Assembly: GCA_964591365.1 (NCBI GenBank)
Contig: CAZQAP010000001.1
Coordinates: forward strand, 1-51,012
Length of the DNA stretch: 51,012 nt
Reading direction: 5' to 3'
Source: an uncultured Planctomycetales bacterium
GTDB lineage: Bacteria > Planctomycetota > UBA1135
Part shown: piece after piece, positions 21,609-31,398 of the stretch
How the letters are laid out: every line of letters begins with the position of its first letter
Numbering within the stretch: position 1 is the first letter of the stretch
Notes under the pieces: generated by a model
The model's database searches: none
The model's input: the letters and a program-made list of their open reading frames with translations, nothing else
What the model was told of the DNA's origin: nothing
Position numbers and translations under genes: made by a program

Positions 21609-22127
21609 ATGCCCAAGGAAAAATTCCAGTCCCGATTCCTCGACCGGACGGAGGCCGAAAGGCTCGGGGAACTCAAGGAGGAACGGATCAAGGTGAACCG
21701 GTCCGCAAAGGTGGTCAAGGGAGGCCGGCGATTCGCCTTCTCCGCTTTGACGGTTCTCGGGAATCAGGATGGCGTCGTCGGCTACGGATTCGGCAAGGCG
21801 AGGGAAATCCCCATGGCCATGCAAAAGGCATTCAAAGACGGGCGCAAACACCTGCTTCGGATTCCCAGACTGGGGAACACCATCCCTCACGAAGTGGAGG
21901 GATACTTCTGCGCGGCGAAAGTCCGCCTGCTTCCGGCCTCCCCGGGCACCGGAATCATCGCCGGTGGAACCGTTCGCGCGGTTTTGGAACTTGCCGGGGT
22001 AAAGGACATTCTCACCAAGGCGTACGGTTCCACCAATCCCGTCAATCTCGTCAAGGCGACGATAGATGCTCTTGCCCGGCTTCGGACCCGGGAAGAAGTC
22101 CAGGAATTCCGGGGAGTGCAACTCTGA
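21609..22127 (+). CDS. rpsE: 30S ribosomal protein S5
   Basis: The 172-aa ORF contains ..ERIKVNRSAKVVKGGRRFAFSALTVLGNQDGVVGYGFGKAREIP.AMQKA.. and ..AS.PGTGIIAGG.VRAVLE.AG..DIL.K..GS.NP.N. Confidence 0.95.
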   Translation: MPKEKFQSRFLDRTEAERLGELKEERIKVNRSAKVVKGGRRFAFSALTVLGNQDGVVGYGFGKAREIPMAMQKAFKDGRKHLLRIPRLGNTIPHEVEGYFCAAKVRLLPASPGTGIIAGGTVRAVLELAGVKDILTKAYGSTNPVNLVKATIDALARLRTREEVQEFRGVQL

Positions 22128-22576
22128 TGCAGGTCCATGATGTGACGGCCAAGGGCGTCCGGTATCCGGACCGCAAGCGGATCGGGCGCGGGCCCGGTTC
22201 CGGCAAGGGAAAAACCGCGGGGCGCGGCCACAAGGGCCAGCGGTCCCGCTCTGGAGACAACCCGCGGATCGGCTTCGAAGGCGGGCAGATGCCGCTCTAC
22301 CGCCTGGTTCCCAAGCGGGGCTTTTCGAATGCCCGTTTTCGGAAGGTCTACACCATCGTGAACGTCGGAGATCTGGCCCGGTTTCCGGCCGGCAGCGAGG
22401 TGGACCTTGCGATTGTCCTCGAGGCCGGCTTGAGCAGGAACCGGGGGAACCGGCTGAAGGTCCTGGGAGTGGGGGAATTGACCGGGCCTCTCGTCGTCCG
22501 GGCGCAGAAATTCTCGAAGGGTGCCCGGGAAAAAATCGAGGCTGCCGGAGGGACCGCGGTCGAACTCGATTCATAA
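22127..22576 (+). CDS. rplO: 50S ribosomal protein L15
   Basis: The ATG overlaps the rpsE TGA. The translation ..RIGRGPGSGKGKTAGRGHKGQRSRSG......FEGGQMPLYRL.PKRGF is an L15 hallmark. No L30 gene lies between S5 and L15. Confidence 0.93.
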   Translation: MQVHDVTAKGVRYPDRKRIGRGPGSGKGKTAGRGHKGQRSRSGDNPRIGFEGGQMPLYRLVPKRGFSNARFRKVYTIVNVGDLARFPAGSEVDLAIVLEAGLSRNRGNRLKVLGVGELTGPLVVRAQKFSKGAREKIEAAGGTAVELDS

Positions 22577-22585
22577 GATCCGGGG

Positions 22586-23899
22586 ATGAATCAGCTCTTC
22601 AATCTGTTCCGAATCCCAGAGGTCCGCAAGCGGATCCTGGTCACCCTTGGGCTTCTTTTCCTTTATCGCCTGGGATTCCAGATCCCGCTTCCCGGCGTGG
22701 ACCTGGTGGCCATCCGGACGGCTTCCGAAAAGGTTTCAGGCAGTTCTCTGGGAGGGTTGTTCGGGATCATGAACGCCTTCACCGGGGCGGGAATCGGCGA
22801 CGCGGTCATTTTCTCCCTCGGGGTCATGCCCTATATCTCTGCCTCGATCATCTTCAGCATTCTCGTGAAAGTGATGCCTTCCCTTGAAGCCCTCTCCAAG
22901 GAGGGCGCGGCCGGCCAGAAGAAAATCAACCAGTACACGCGGCTTTCCACGATCCCCATTTGCGTCCTTCAGTCCTTTTTCGTCCTCCAGGGGGTCCTTC
23001 TCAATCCCCGGTTCGGCCTCCTTCCCAATGGTGCGTCCTTTTTCTACGGGCTTTCCATCATTCTCGCTTTGACGGCGGGAACGATCTTCATCATGTGGAT
23101 CGGAGAACAGATGACGGAATATGGAATCGGCAACGGGATTTCCATCATCATCATGTGCGGGATCATCGCCCGGATGCCCTCCGCTCTGCAGAGTTTCCTG
23201 GCGGTCAGTGAGAATGCCCACCAGATGTCGGTGACCATGGGCGCCATCTGGGTCGCAACGGTCCTCGTGGTGGTCTACATCACCCGCGGCCAGCGGAGGA
23301 TCCCCATCCAGCAGGCCAAGCTCACCCGGGGAAGGAAGGTCATCGGTGGCGCCCGGCATTACCTCCCGCTCCGGGTCAATCAAGCCGGGGTGATGCCCAT
23401 CATTTTCGCCTCTGCCCTGTTCATCGTGCCCAACGTCCTCGGGAGCATTCCCGGCATGGAGTGGTTCGGGCAGATCTTCAATTCCGGCGGGTTCGTCTAC
23501 GTGGCCATCTACTCCGCCCTGATCTTCTTCTTCTCCTTCTTCTGGACCAAACTCATGTTCCAGCCTGAGGAGATCGCTGACAACCTCAAGGAGTACGGCT
23601 CTTTCATTCCCGGCATCCGGCCCGGAAAGGCGACCGCCAACTACCTCAATTTCGTCCTGGACCGCATCACCCTGGCGGGCGCGGTTTTCCTTGCTGCGAT
23701 CGCACTGCTTCCCACCATCGTCACTTCCAGGATGAACGTCCCCTTCGGGATCGCCTATTTCCTCGGGGGAACTTCCATTCTCATCGTGGTCGGAGTTGCG
23801 CTCGACGTGGTGGACAAGCTGAACTCCTTCCTCTTGATGAGGAACTACGAAGGCTTCATGAAGGGAGGCGGCCGGGGCTGGGCCCGGCGGAAGGCCTGA
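22586..23899 (+). CDS. secY: Preprotein translocase subunit SecY
   Basis: The 437-aa polytopic membrane ORF has ..IPEVRKRILVTLGLL..YR.G..IPLPGVD.. and ..GVMPYISASII..IL.. and sits in the canonical spc-operon position. Confidence 0.97.
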   Translation: MNQLFNLFRIPEVRKRILVTLGLLFLYRLGFQIPLPGVDLVAIRTASEKVSGSSLGGLFGIMNAFTGAGIGDAVIFSLGVMPYISASIIFSILVKVMPSLEALSKEGAAGQKKINQYTRLSTIPICVLQSFFVLQGVLLNPRFGLLPNGASFFYGLSIILALTAGTIFIMWIGEQMTEYGIGNGISIIIMCGIIARMPSALQSFLAVSENAHQMSVTMGAIWVATVLVVVYITRGQRRIPIQQAKLTRGRKVIGGARHYLPLRVNQAGVMPIIFASALFIVPNVLGSIPGMEWFGQIFNSGGFVYVAIYSALIFFFSFFWTKLMFQPEEIADNLKEYGSFIPGIRPGKATANYLNFVLDRITLAGAVFLAAIALLPTIVTSRMNVPFGIAYFLGGTSILIVVGVALDVVDKLNSFLLMRNYEGFMKGGGRGWARRKA

Positions 23900-24469
23900 A
23901 TGACCGGGATCGTCATTCTGCTCGGCCCCCCTGGCGTGGGGAAGGGGACCCAGGCGGCCCGCCTGGCCCAGACCCGGCCGGGGGTGCTGCATGTCTCCAC
24001 CGGAGATCTTCTCCGCGCGGAAGTTGCCCAGGGGACCGAACTGGGGTGCCAGGCCCGTGCCATCATGGAACGGGGCGATTTGGTCCCGGACCCGATCATG
24101 CTGGCCATGGTCGCCGCCAGGATCGGGCGGCAGGAGGGCGGGGAGACCCTTCTTTTGGACGGCTTTCCCCGGACCCTTCCCCAAGCCAGGGCCCTGGCCG
24201 AGGAGGCCCCTGGCGGATCCATCCGCCTGGCGGTATACTTTTCGGCCCCCGAGGACGTCCTTATATCCCGTTTGCTGGGGAGGGGACGTCCGGACGATAC
24301 CCGGGAGGTGGTCCAGCATCGCCTGGATGTCTACCGGGAAACCACGGAACCCCTGATCGCCTTCTACCGGGATCAGGGGATCCTTCGTGAGATCGATGCG
24401 GATCGGTCGATCGAATCCATCCAGGAGGGGCTGGTCGAATTGATTCGGCCCGCCCTCTCGGCCACCTAG
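23900..24469 (+). CDS. adk: Adenylate kinase (short type, no zinc lid)
   Basis: The translation reads ..[15 protein letters not shown]......[16 protein letters not shown]......M..G.LVPD... and ..[12 protein letters not shown]. It abuts the secY stop. Confidence 0.95.
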   Translation: MTGIVILLGPPGVGKGTQAARLAQTRPGVLHVSTGDLLRAEVAQGTELGCQARAIMERGDLVPDPIMLAMVAARIGRQEGGETLLLDGFPRTLPQARALAEEAPGGSIRLAVYFSAPEDVLISRLLGRGRPDDTREVVQHRLDVYRETTEPLIAFYRDQGILREIDADRSIESIQEGLVELIRPALSAT

Positions 24470-24506
24470 GAGAACCACCAGGACAGGAAACCGGAAACCA
24501 AAGCAC

Positions 24507-24746
24507 TTGGCAAAAGAGGAGCCCATCACCGTCATGGCCGTTGTTCGGGAAGCACTGCCGAACACCATGTTCCGATGCGAGCTGGCGAACGGCCACAAGA
24601 TCCTTGCCAACATTTCCGGAAAGATGCGCATGCGATGGATTCGAGTCCTGCCGGGCGACAAGGTCACAGTCGAAATGTCTCCCTACGACCTCACGAGGGG
24701 CCGGATCGTCTACCGTGGTGAGCGGCGCCGGAGGCCTCAAAACTAG
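24507..24746 (+). CDS. infA: Translation initiation factor IF-1
   Basis: The start is TTG 24507. The translation (M)[69 protein letters not shown] aligns over the full length with the IF-1 pattern. Confidence 0.93.
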   Translation: MAKEEPITVMAVVREALPNTMFRCELANGHKILANISGKMRMRWIRVLPGDKVTVEMSPYDLTRGRIVYRGERRRRPQN

Positions 24747-24755
24747 GAGTCCATG

Positions 24756-24875
24756 ATGAAAGTTCGCAGCAGTGTCCGCCGGATTTGCGACAGTTGCAAG
24801 ATCATCCGCCGGCATGGAAGTGTCCGGGTGATCTGCAGCCGGGACCCCCGGCACAAACAACGGCAAGGCCGATAG
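24756..24875 (+). CDS. rpmJ: 50S ribosomal protein L36
   Basis: This ORF is too short to appear in the track. My own translation is [39 protein letters not shown] followed by TAG at 24873-24875. It has the classic L36 CxxC...C...H zinc-ribbon pattern and lies between infA and rpsM. Confidence 0.9.
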   Translation: MKVRSSVRRICDSCKIIRRHGSVRVICSRDPRHKQRQGR

Positions 24876-24892
24876 ATCCAGGGAGGAAGCCA

Positions 24893-25276
24893 TTGCCCCG
24901 CCTCATCGGAGTCGAAATCCCGGACAAGAAACGTACGGTCATCGCCCTGACGTACATCTTCGGGATCGGAAATGCCCGGGCCGCAAAAATTTGCCAGGCC
25001 ATGGGCCTTGATCAGGACAAGCACGCCAAAGCCCTCTCGGAAGAGGAACTCGGGCTGCTGGCTTCACACCTTCAGAAGAACTACACGGTGGAGGGGGCTC
25101 TGCGGCGGCAAGTGGCCCAGAACATCAATCGTCTGAGGGAAATCGCCTCCTACAGGGGCCTCCGCCATCGGAGGGGTCTGCCTGTCCGGGGCCAGAGGAC
25201 CCGGACCAATGCCCGGACCCGGAAAGGACCGACCAAGACCGTGGCCGGAAAAAAGGCTGTGAAGGCCCTCAAGTGA
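24893..25276 (+). CDS. rpsM: 30S ribosomal protein S13
   Basis: TTG 24893 lies 6 nt after GGGAGGA. The translation (M)[33 protein letters not shown]...[27 protein letters not shown] is S13-like. Confidence 0.93.
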   Translation: MPRLIGVEIPDKKRTVIALTYIFGIGNARAAKICQAMGLDQDKHAKALSEEELGLLASHLQKNYTVEGALRRQVAQNINRLREIASYRGLRHRRGLPVRGQRTRTNARTRKGPTKTVAGKKAVKALK

Positions 25277-25292
25277 TCCGAAACATCTACTC

Positions 25293-25679
25293 ATGAGTGC
25301 AGCCAGGTCCACGAAGAAGAAGAGCCGCAAGGTGGGAGCCCGCGGGATCGTCCACGTGCGTTCCACCTTCAACAACACCATTGTGACCCTTACCGATCCC
25401 AACGGGGATGTGATTGCATGGGGCTCTTCGGGAACAGCCGGCTACAAGGGTTCCCGGAAATCCACACCTTACGCGTCCCAGCGCGCCTCCTTCCGCGCGG
25501 CGGAGGCGGCCTACAAGATGGGCCTGCGCGAGGTGGAGGTTCGGGTGAAAGGACCCGGTTCAGGACGGGAAAGCGCCGTTCGCGCCCTTCATCAGGCCGG
25601 CCTCAGGATCACCCTGATCGAAGATGTCACTCCGCTGCCCCACAACGGCTGCCGTCCCCGCAAAAAGCGTCGCGTCTAA
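25293..25679 (+). CDS. rpsK: 30S ribosomal protein S11
   Basis: The translation reads ..[44 protein letters not shown].. and ..[23 protein letters not shown]. Confidence 0.95.
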   Translation: MSAARSTKKKSRKVGARGIVHVRSTFNNTIVTLTDPNGDVIAWGSSGTAGYKGSRKSTPYASQRASFRAAEAAYKMGLREVEVRVKGPGSGRESAVRALHQAGLRITLIEDVTPLPHNGCRPRKKRRV

Positions 25680-25682
25680 GTC

Positions 25683-26315
25683 ATGGTAAGAATCCGAGGC
25701 ACTGTCTGCCGGCTCTGCCGGCGAGAAGGGAGCAAGTTGTTCCTCAAGGGTCGGCGTTGCGAAACCGAGAAATGCGCCATTGAACGGCACAATGTTCCTC
25801 CGGGGCTCAATATCCGGTCCCGTCCGCGGCGGCTTTCCGATTACGGAGTCCACCTTCGCGAGAAACAGAAGGTCAAGCGGATCTACGGTGTCTTTGAGCG
25901 GCAATTCAAGCACTACTTCCGGATGGCCGAGGCGATGAAGGGGAACACCGGGCTCAACCTTCTCGGAATCCTCGAGAGGCGGCTGGACAACGTGATGGAT
26001 GCCGCGGGAATGGCCCAATCGCGGAGGCATGCCCGCCAGTTGATCAATCATGGCCACTTTGCCGTGAATGGGAGAAAAGTCGATATTGCCAGCTACCTGG
26101 TCCGGGAGGGCGATGTCGTTTCCCCTTGTGACAAAGGAAAGTCCAGGAAGATTGCGGAAGATTGCCTCGAACTGAATACCGACCGGAAGGTTCCCAAGTG
26201 GATGGAGGTCGACAAGCAGGCATCTTCCCTAAAGATCCTTTCCCTGCCTGTCCGGGATGACGTCCGTTTCGGCGACATCCAGGAACAGTTCATCGTTGAG
26301 ATCTGCTCCAAGTAG
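25683..26315 (+). CDS. rpsD: 30S ribosomal protein S4
   Basis: The translation has ..CRLCRREGSKLFLKGRRCETEKC.. (zinc-type N-terminus), ..SDYGVHLREKQKVKRIYGV.ERQF, and an S4 domain LERRLDNV....MA.SRR.ARQLI.HGH..VNG.KV.I.SY. Confidence 0.95.
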   Translation: MVRIRGTVCRLCRREGSKLFLKGRRCETEKCAIERHNVPPGLNIRSRPRRLSDYGVHLREKQKVKRIYGVFERQFKHYFRMAEAMKGNTGLNLLGILERRLDNVMDAAGMAQSRRHARQLINHGHFAVNGRKVDIASYLVREGDVVSPCDKGKSRKIAEDCLELNTDRKVPKWMEVDKQASSLKILSLPVRDDVRFGDIQEQFIVEICSK

Positions 26316-26328
26316 GAGAAAAGAAGCA

Positions 26329-27342
26329 ATGCGCATTCGCTGGCGAGATTTCGAGCTCCCCTCCGGAGTCGTCCTGGAAGAGTCCACGGCCACCGCCAAC
26401 TACGGGAAGTTCCTCGTGGAACCCTTCGAGCGCGGTTTCGGCCACACCATTGGGAACGGTCTCCGGCGCGTCCTTTTGGGTTCGATCGAAGGCACTGCCG
26501 TGACTGCCGTCGAAATCGACGGAGTTGAGCACGAATTCAAATCCATTCCGGGCATCGTCCAGGACGTGACCGAGATCGTCCTGGCCTGTAAAAGGCTTCG
26601 GATCCGGATCCAGGGGGATGCGCCTGTCCAGGTGACCCTGGATAAATCCGGCCCCTGTGAAATCTTCGGAGCCGACTTGGAGTGCCCGACCGGAGTTTCC
26701 GTCGTCAACGGGGACCTCCCTATCGCCACCATTACCGGCAAGGATGCATCCCTCAAGATGAAGCTGACCGTCCGCCGGGGAAGGGGCTATGTCCCTTCGG
26801 ATGAAGGGGCGGAATCCACGGACCAGATCGGCTTGATTCCTGTCGGGGCCGCTTACAGCCCGGTTGCCCGGGTTCGTTTCACCATCCAGGCCACGCGGGT
26901 CGGGAAGTTCGTGAACTACGAGAGGCTGGTCCTTGAAATCTGGACGGATGGAACCGTTCGTCCCGAAATCGCGCTTGTGGAGGCCGCCAAGATCTACCGC
27001 AAGCATCTCAACCCCTTCGTCCAGTTCAGCGAGATCCGTCACGGAGTCCCGGTTGTGGACGAAGTGCGGGCGATTGATGCCGGGGCGGAACGGCGGCGGG
27101 AGAAAGTTCGCGGCCTTCTGGATGAGCCGATCGAGTATCTCGATCTCTCCACCCGGGCCCGCAACTGCCTCGAGGTTGCCGGGATCTCCACCATCGGCGA
27201 TCTTGTCTTTCGTCCGCAAGAAGAGCTTTTGGAAGTCAAGAACCTCGGCCAGACGGTGCTCACCGAAATAGAAAAAAAGCTTGCTGAACTGGACCTCGTC
27301 ATCGGGATGAACCGGGAAGCCATCTTGGGAATCGGCGCCTAG
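26329..27342 (+). CDS. rpoA: DNA-directed RNA polymerase subunit alpha
   Basis: The ATG at 26329 within track ORF 26257..27342 gives ..GKFLVEPFERGFGHTIGNGLRRVLLGSIEGTAVTAVEIDGVEHEF..IPG. The C-terminal domain has ..LDLSTRARNCLEVAGISTIGDLV....ELLEVKNLGQTVLTEI. Confidence 0.96.
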   Translation: MRIRWRDFELPSGVVLEESTATANYGKFLVEPFERGFGHTIGNGLRRVLLGSIEGTAVTAVEIDGVEHEFKSIPGIVQDVTEIVLACKRLRIRIQGDAPVQVTLDKSGPCEIFGADLECPTGVSVVNGDLPIATITGKDASLKMKLTVRRGRGYVPSDEGAESTDQIGLIPVGAAYSPVARVRFTIQATRVGKFVNYERLVLEIWTDGTVRPEIALVEAAKIYRKHLNPFVQFSEIRHGVPVVDEVRAIDAGAERRREKVRGLLDEPIEYLDLSTRARNCLEVAGISTIGDLVFRPQEELLEVKNLGQTVLTEIEKKLAELDLVIGMNREAILGIGA

Positions 27343-27348
27343 AAGATC

Positions 27349-27759
27349 ATGCGGCACAGGATCAAGACCCGGAAACTTTCCCGGACAGGCTCTCATCGGC
27401 GGGCCCTGGCCAGGAACATGGCCTCCTCGTTGATTGAACACGAGCGGATCGAGACCACCCTGGCCAAAGCCAAGGCCCATCGGCCCTTCGTGGAGCGCCT
27501 GGTCACCCTCGGGAAGGAAAAAAACCTGGCCAACTACCGGCGGGCGCTCGCTTTGCTGGGCAACAACAAGGCCGCCGTTGCCAAACTGTTCGATGTTCTC
27601 GGCCCCAGGTTCCGGGAACGTCCCGGGGGGTACACCCGGATTCTCAAGCTGGCCACTCCGCGGCTGGGGGATCGGGCTCCCCGCGCTTTGTTCGAATTCG
27701 TGGAGCGGAGCCCGAAGGAAGAAATGGCGGTCGAAGACGGTTCCGAGAAGGGCGAATAG
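27349..27759 (+). CDS. rplQ: 50S ribosomal protein L17
   Basis: The translation [56 protein letters not shown] is an L17 hallmark. Confidence 0.95.
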   Translation: MRHRIKTRKLSRTGSHRRALARNMASSLIEHERIETTLAKAKAHRPFVERLVTLGKEKNLANYRRALALLGNNKAAVAKLFDVLGPRFRERPGGYTRILKLATPRLGDRAPRALFEFVERSPKEEMAVEDGSEKGE

Positions 27760-27784
27760 TCCGGGATAAGCCCCTTTCAACCGT

Positions 27785-30700
27785 TCAATCCCCGGCTCGG
27801 ATCCGGGCCCGGCCGAAACGGGCGGGGCGGGGCTCGCTGCCGGGAACGCCGCGGATGCCGGCGATCCGGGCCTTTGCCGGGCCCAGGATCTTCTCCAGCT
27901 CGCGGAAGAGACCGGCCTCAAGATTCACGCACCATTCCGGGCCCGCCCGGTGGACCACGGTCCGGCCTCCCCCGTCCGGGTCCGGATAGAGAAAGCGAAC
28001 GGTGGAGTTCCCGCGGAAACGCTCCAGGATTTCCCGCAGGGCATCGAGGGGCGGGGCCTTTTGCGGCAGAAGGATTTCCAGGGAACCCGTGAGGTGGATC
28101 TGGTCCGGATTGCCCAGGGGCTCGATCTTTTCGACCAGCAGGACCGGCTCCTTCTCCGCCTGGTCCACTTTGCCGCTGAAGTTCCCGATGAAATCTTCGC
28201 GGATCAAGTCCCGGAATTTCTCGACCGTGGCGGGGAAGATGACGGCGGCAGTGGAGCCGTAGAGATCCTCCACCCGGAAACGGGCGAACTTGCGGGCGGG
28301 ATCCTTGCGGGTGGGCCGGATCTCGACCTGGGTCGCAATTCCGGCAAGATGAACCACCGAACCGTTGGAAGCTTCCGAGAGGTTGCGGGAGTGGTAGGGG
28401 GAGATCCCCTCCAGGACGTCCCGGTAGGGGTCCAGCGGATGATGGGTCAGGAACAGGCCCAGAGCCTCCTTTTCGAAGGCCAGGGTGAGTTTGCGTTCCT
28501 TTTCCGTCAGCGGGCGGGGGGCGTGGTGGACGCTTTCCTCGGTGAGTCCCTTTCCGGGGCCTGATGGGGTTGCCGGAGCAGCGGCCGGAGCCTCGAACAG
28601 GAGGCCCTGGCCCCGGCGCCGGTCTTCGGCGCGGGCATTTGCGGCCCGCAGGGCGATCGGAAGCCGGTCGAGCAGGTCGACCCGTGCTTCCTGGAAGACG
28701 TCGCAAGCGCCAGCCTTGATCAGGCTTTCGAAGGTCGTCTTGTTCAGGTTGGCGGCTCCGCCGGCGGTGAGAAGCTCCTCCATCGAGGGAAAGCTCCCGT
28801 TTTCCTGCTGCCCCCGAAGTTCGCAAAGGGTGTCGGCGGCTCCGGCACCGATTCCCTTGACGGCGGCCAGCCCGTAACGGACGGTCGTGTCGTCCGAGAC
28901 GGAAAAGCAGGGAAGAGAATGGTTCACACAGGGAGGAAGCACACGGATCCCATGATGGCGGGCGTCTTCGATGAGGGTGCGAAGCTTGTCGGTGTCGGCG
29001 GCCTCGTAGGTGAAAGTGGCCGCATAGAATTCGGGCAGATGGTGGACCTTCATCCAGGCGGCTTGATAGGTCACCCTGGCATAGCCCGTGGAATGGCTCT
29101 TGTTGAAGCCGTAATCCGCGAACTTTTTCATTTTTTCCCAGATCATGTCCGCCGTGGTTTCGGCAACACCTTGATGAAGGGAACCATCCAGGAACTTCTT
29201 TTTGAAAGGAGCCATGAGGCCCACTTTCTTCTTGCTCATGGCCTTGCGTAGGATGTCCGCTTCGCTCAGGGAGAACCCCCCCAGGACCTGGACCACGCGC
29301 ATGATCTGCTCCTGGTAGATCAGCACGCCGTAGGTCTCCTTGAGGGCCGGCTCGAGAAGGGGGTGGTCGTAGACCACCTTCTCCTGGCCGTGCTTGCGGC
29401 GTGCGTAGACCTTGTTGTCCCCCGCACCCAGGGGACCGGGCCGGAACAGGGCCAGGACGGCGATGACGTCTTCATAACAGGAGGGCTTCACTTCGGTGAG
29501 AAGGCGCCGCATGCCGGGTGACTCGAGCTGGAAGATCCCCTCCGTGTCCCCGTCGCGAATGAGCTCGTAGACGGCCGGGTCGTCGAGGGGAAGGGCGTCC
29601 AGCTCGATCTCCTTTCCCGAACGCTCCTGCACCATGATCCGTGCATGGTTCAAAATGGAAAGGGTCCGCAGGCCGAGAAAATCCATTTTCAGGAGCCCGA
29701 CCTTCTCGCAGGACTTCATGTCCCATTGGGTGATGATCGCGTCGTCCTGGCGGCTCAATGGGACGAGCTCCCTCAGGGGACAGTCCGCGATCACGACCCC
29801 GGCGGCATGCTTGCTGCTGTGGCGCGCAAGCCCCTCCACCTTGAGGGCCAGGTCGAACCATTCCCGGTGGAGCTCCGACCTCCGGGGGACTTCCGCCAGT
29901 TCGGGATCGTCCTTGATGGCCTCGGTCAGCGTGACCTTCGGGCCTGCCGGGACCTTCTTGGCGACCTTATCCACTTCGGAAAGGGGCAGGTCCAGGATCC
30001 TGGCTACGTCCCGCAGGGCCGCCCGCGCCTTCATCTTGCCGAAGGTGATGATCTGGCAGACCCGGTCTTCACCGTACCGCCGGCGCACGTAACGAAGCAT
30101 CTCCTCCCGGCCGTCCTTGCAGAAGTCGATATCGATGTCGGGCATCGAAATCCGTTCCGGGTTCAGGAAGCGTTCGAAGAAGAGGCCGTACTTCAAAGGG
30201 TCGATGCGGGTGATCTCCAGGACGTAGGCCACGATGGAGCCCGCTGCAGATCCCCGGCCGGGTCCCACGGGAATGCCTTTCTCCCGTGCATAGCGGATCA
30301 AATCCCAGACGATCAGGAAGTAGGAGATGAATCCCATTTCCCGGATGACGCGGATTTCATAATCCAGCCGTTCCCGGGCTCTGGAAGGGTTTCCCGGGAA
30401 AAAGCGCGCGAATCCATTTTCGCAAAGCTCGAGAAAGAGATCCTCAGGACTCCGGCCATCGGGAGGGTCGAACCGGGGCAGGCGGAATTTGCCCATTTCC
30501 AGGGTCAGATCGACCTTTTCGGACACTTCCGCCGTGTTCCGGAGAGCTTCTGGGAGATCTCCGAAAACCTGGTTCATCTCTTCCTGGCTGCGGAAGAACA
30601 GGGTGTCCGTGGACATTTTCCAGCGGTCCGGGTCGTCCCGCTTCGCTCCGGTCTGAAGGCAGATCATGGCGTCCTGGGCCCGGCAGTCCTCGTGCCGCAG

Positions 30701-31327
30701 GTAATGGATGTCGTTGGTGGCGATGAGCGGAGCCTGGACCCGATCCCGGAGCCGCACCATCCCTTCGGTCAGGCGTTCCTGCTCCTGCATGCCGTTGCGC
30801 ATGACTTCCAGGTAGAAAGCGTCCCGGCCGAACAGATCCTGCAGAGCCCCGGCCATGGTCAGGGCCTCCTCGGGCTTTCCCGCAGCCAGAAGGCGGTTCA
30901 CCGGCCCGCTCATGCAGCCCGAAAGACAGATCAGTCCTTCCGCGTGATCCTGAAGGAGTCCGAAATCGATCCGCGGGCGGAAGTGGTGGCCCTCCAGATG
31001 GGCAATGGTCGTCAGTTCCAGGAGGTTGCGCCAGCCGGCCGGATTGCGGGCCAGGAGGGTCAGGTGGGAATAAGGGTTTTCGAGGCGGTGATGTTTCCGC
31101 TTGTGGGAATCCCTGGCCAGGTAGGCCTCGCAGCCGAGAATCGGCTTCACTCCCTTCTTTTTGCATTCGGTGTAGAACTCGACGGCGCCGAAAAGGTTTC
31201 CATGGTCGGTCAGGGCCAGGGACGCCTGGCCGTCCTCCGCGGCGGCGTCCACGAGTTTCTCGATCTGATTGGCGCCGTCAAGAAGGGAATATTCGCTGTG
31301 GACGTGAAGGTGAACGAAGGGCTCCAT
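27785..31327 (-). CDS. dnaE: DNA polymerase III subunit alpha
   Basis: The 1180-aa ORF has a PHP domain FVHLHVHSEYSLLDGA, the blocks ..GPGRGSAAGS.VAY.L.IT.IDP.., ..FERFLNPERISMPDIDIDF.., and an OB-fold tail. It is convergent with rplQ, with 25 nt between the two stops. Confidence 0.97.
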   Translation of the reverse strand: MEPFVHLHVHSEYSLLDGANQIEKLVDAAAEDGQASLALTDHGNLFGAVEFYTECKKKGVKPILGCEAYLARDSHKRKHHRLENPYSHLTLLARNPAGWRNLLELTTIAHLEGHHFRPRIDFGLLQDHAEGLICLSGCMSGPVNRLLAAGKPEEALTMAGALQDLFGRDAFYLEVMRNGMQEQERLTEGMVRLRDRVQAPLIATNDIHYLRHEDCRAQDAMICLQTGAKRDDPDRWKMSTDTLFFRSQEEMNQVFGDLPEALRNTAEVSEKVDLTLEMGKFRLPRFDPPDGRSPEDLFLELCENGFARFFPGNPSRARERLDYEIRVIREMGFISYFLIVWDLIRYAREKGIPVGPGRGSAAGSIVAYVLEITRIDPLKYGLFFERFLNPERISMPDIDIDFCKDGREEMLRYVRRRYGEDRVCQIITFGKMKARAALRDVARILDLPLSEVDKVAKKVPAGPKVTLTEAIKDDPELAEVPRRSELHREWFDLALKVEGLARHSSKHAAGVVIADCPLRELVPLSRQDDAIITQWDMKSCEKVGLLKMDFLGLRTLSILNHARIMVQERSGKEIELDALPLDDPAVYELIRDGDTEGIFQLESPGMRRLLTEVKPSCYEDVIAVLALFRPGPLGAGDNKVYARRKHGQEKVVYDHPLLEPALKETYGVLIYQEQIMRVVQVLGGFSLSEADILRKAMSKKKVGLMAPFKKKFLDGSLHQGVAETTADMIWEKMKKFADYGFNKSHSTGYARVTYQAAWMKVHHLPEFYAATFTYEAADTDKLRTLIEDARHHGIRVLPPCVNHSLPCFSVSDDTTVRYGLAAVKGIGAGAADTLCELRGQQENGSFPSMEELLTAGGAANLNKTTFESLIKAGACDVFQEARVDLLDRLPIALRAANARAEDRRRGQGLLFEAPAAAPATPSGPGKGLTEESVHHAPRPLTEKERKLTLAFEKEALGLFLTHHPLDPYRDVLEGISPYHSRNLSEASNGSVVHLAGIATQVEIRPTRKDPARKFARFRVEDLYGSTAAVIFPATVEKFRDLIREDFIGNFSGKVDQAEKEPVLLVEKIEPLGNPDQIHLTGSLEILLPQKAPPLDALREILERFRGNSTVRFLYPDPDGGGRTVVHRAGPEWCVNLEAGLFRELEKILGPAKARIAGIRGVPGSEPRPARFGRARIRAGD

Positions 31328-31398
31328 CCCAAGAGGATCATAAGCGGCCGGGCGGGCCGCCTCCAGAAGGAAGCGACCCGCCCCGGAGCCCGCGAGGG

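Noticed and set aside
27760-27784. The convergent rplQ/dnaE junction, examined for a bidirectional terminator.
   Set aside because: Only 25 nt separate the two stop codons, and I can find no stem-loop or T/A-tract. Termination signals, if any, must lie inside the opposing coding regions.
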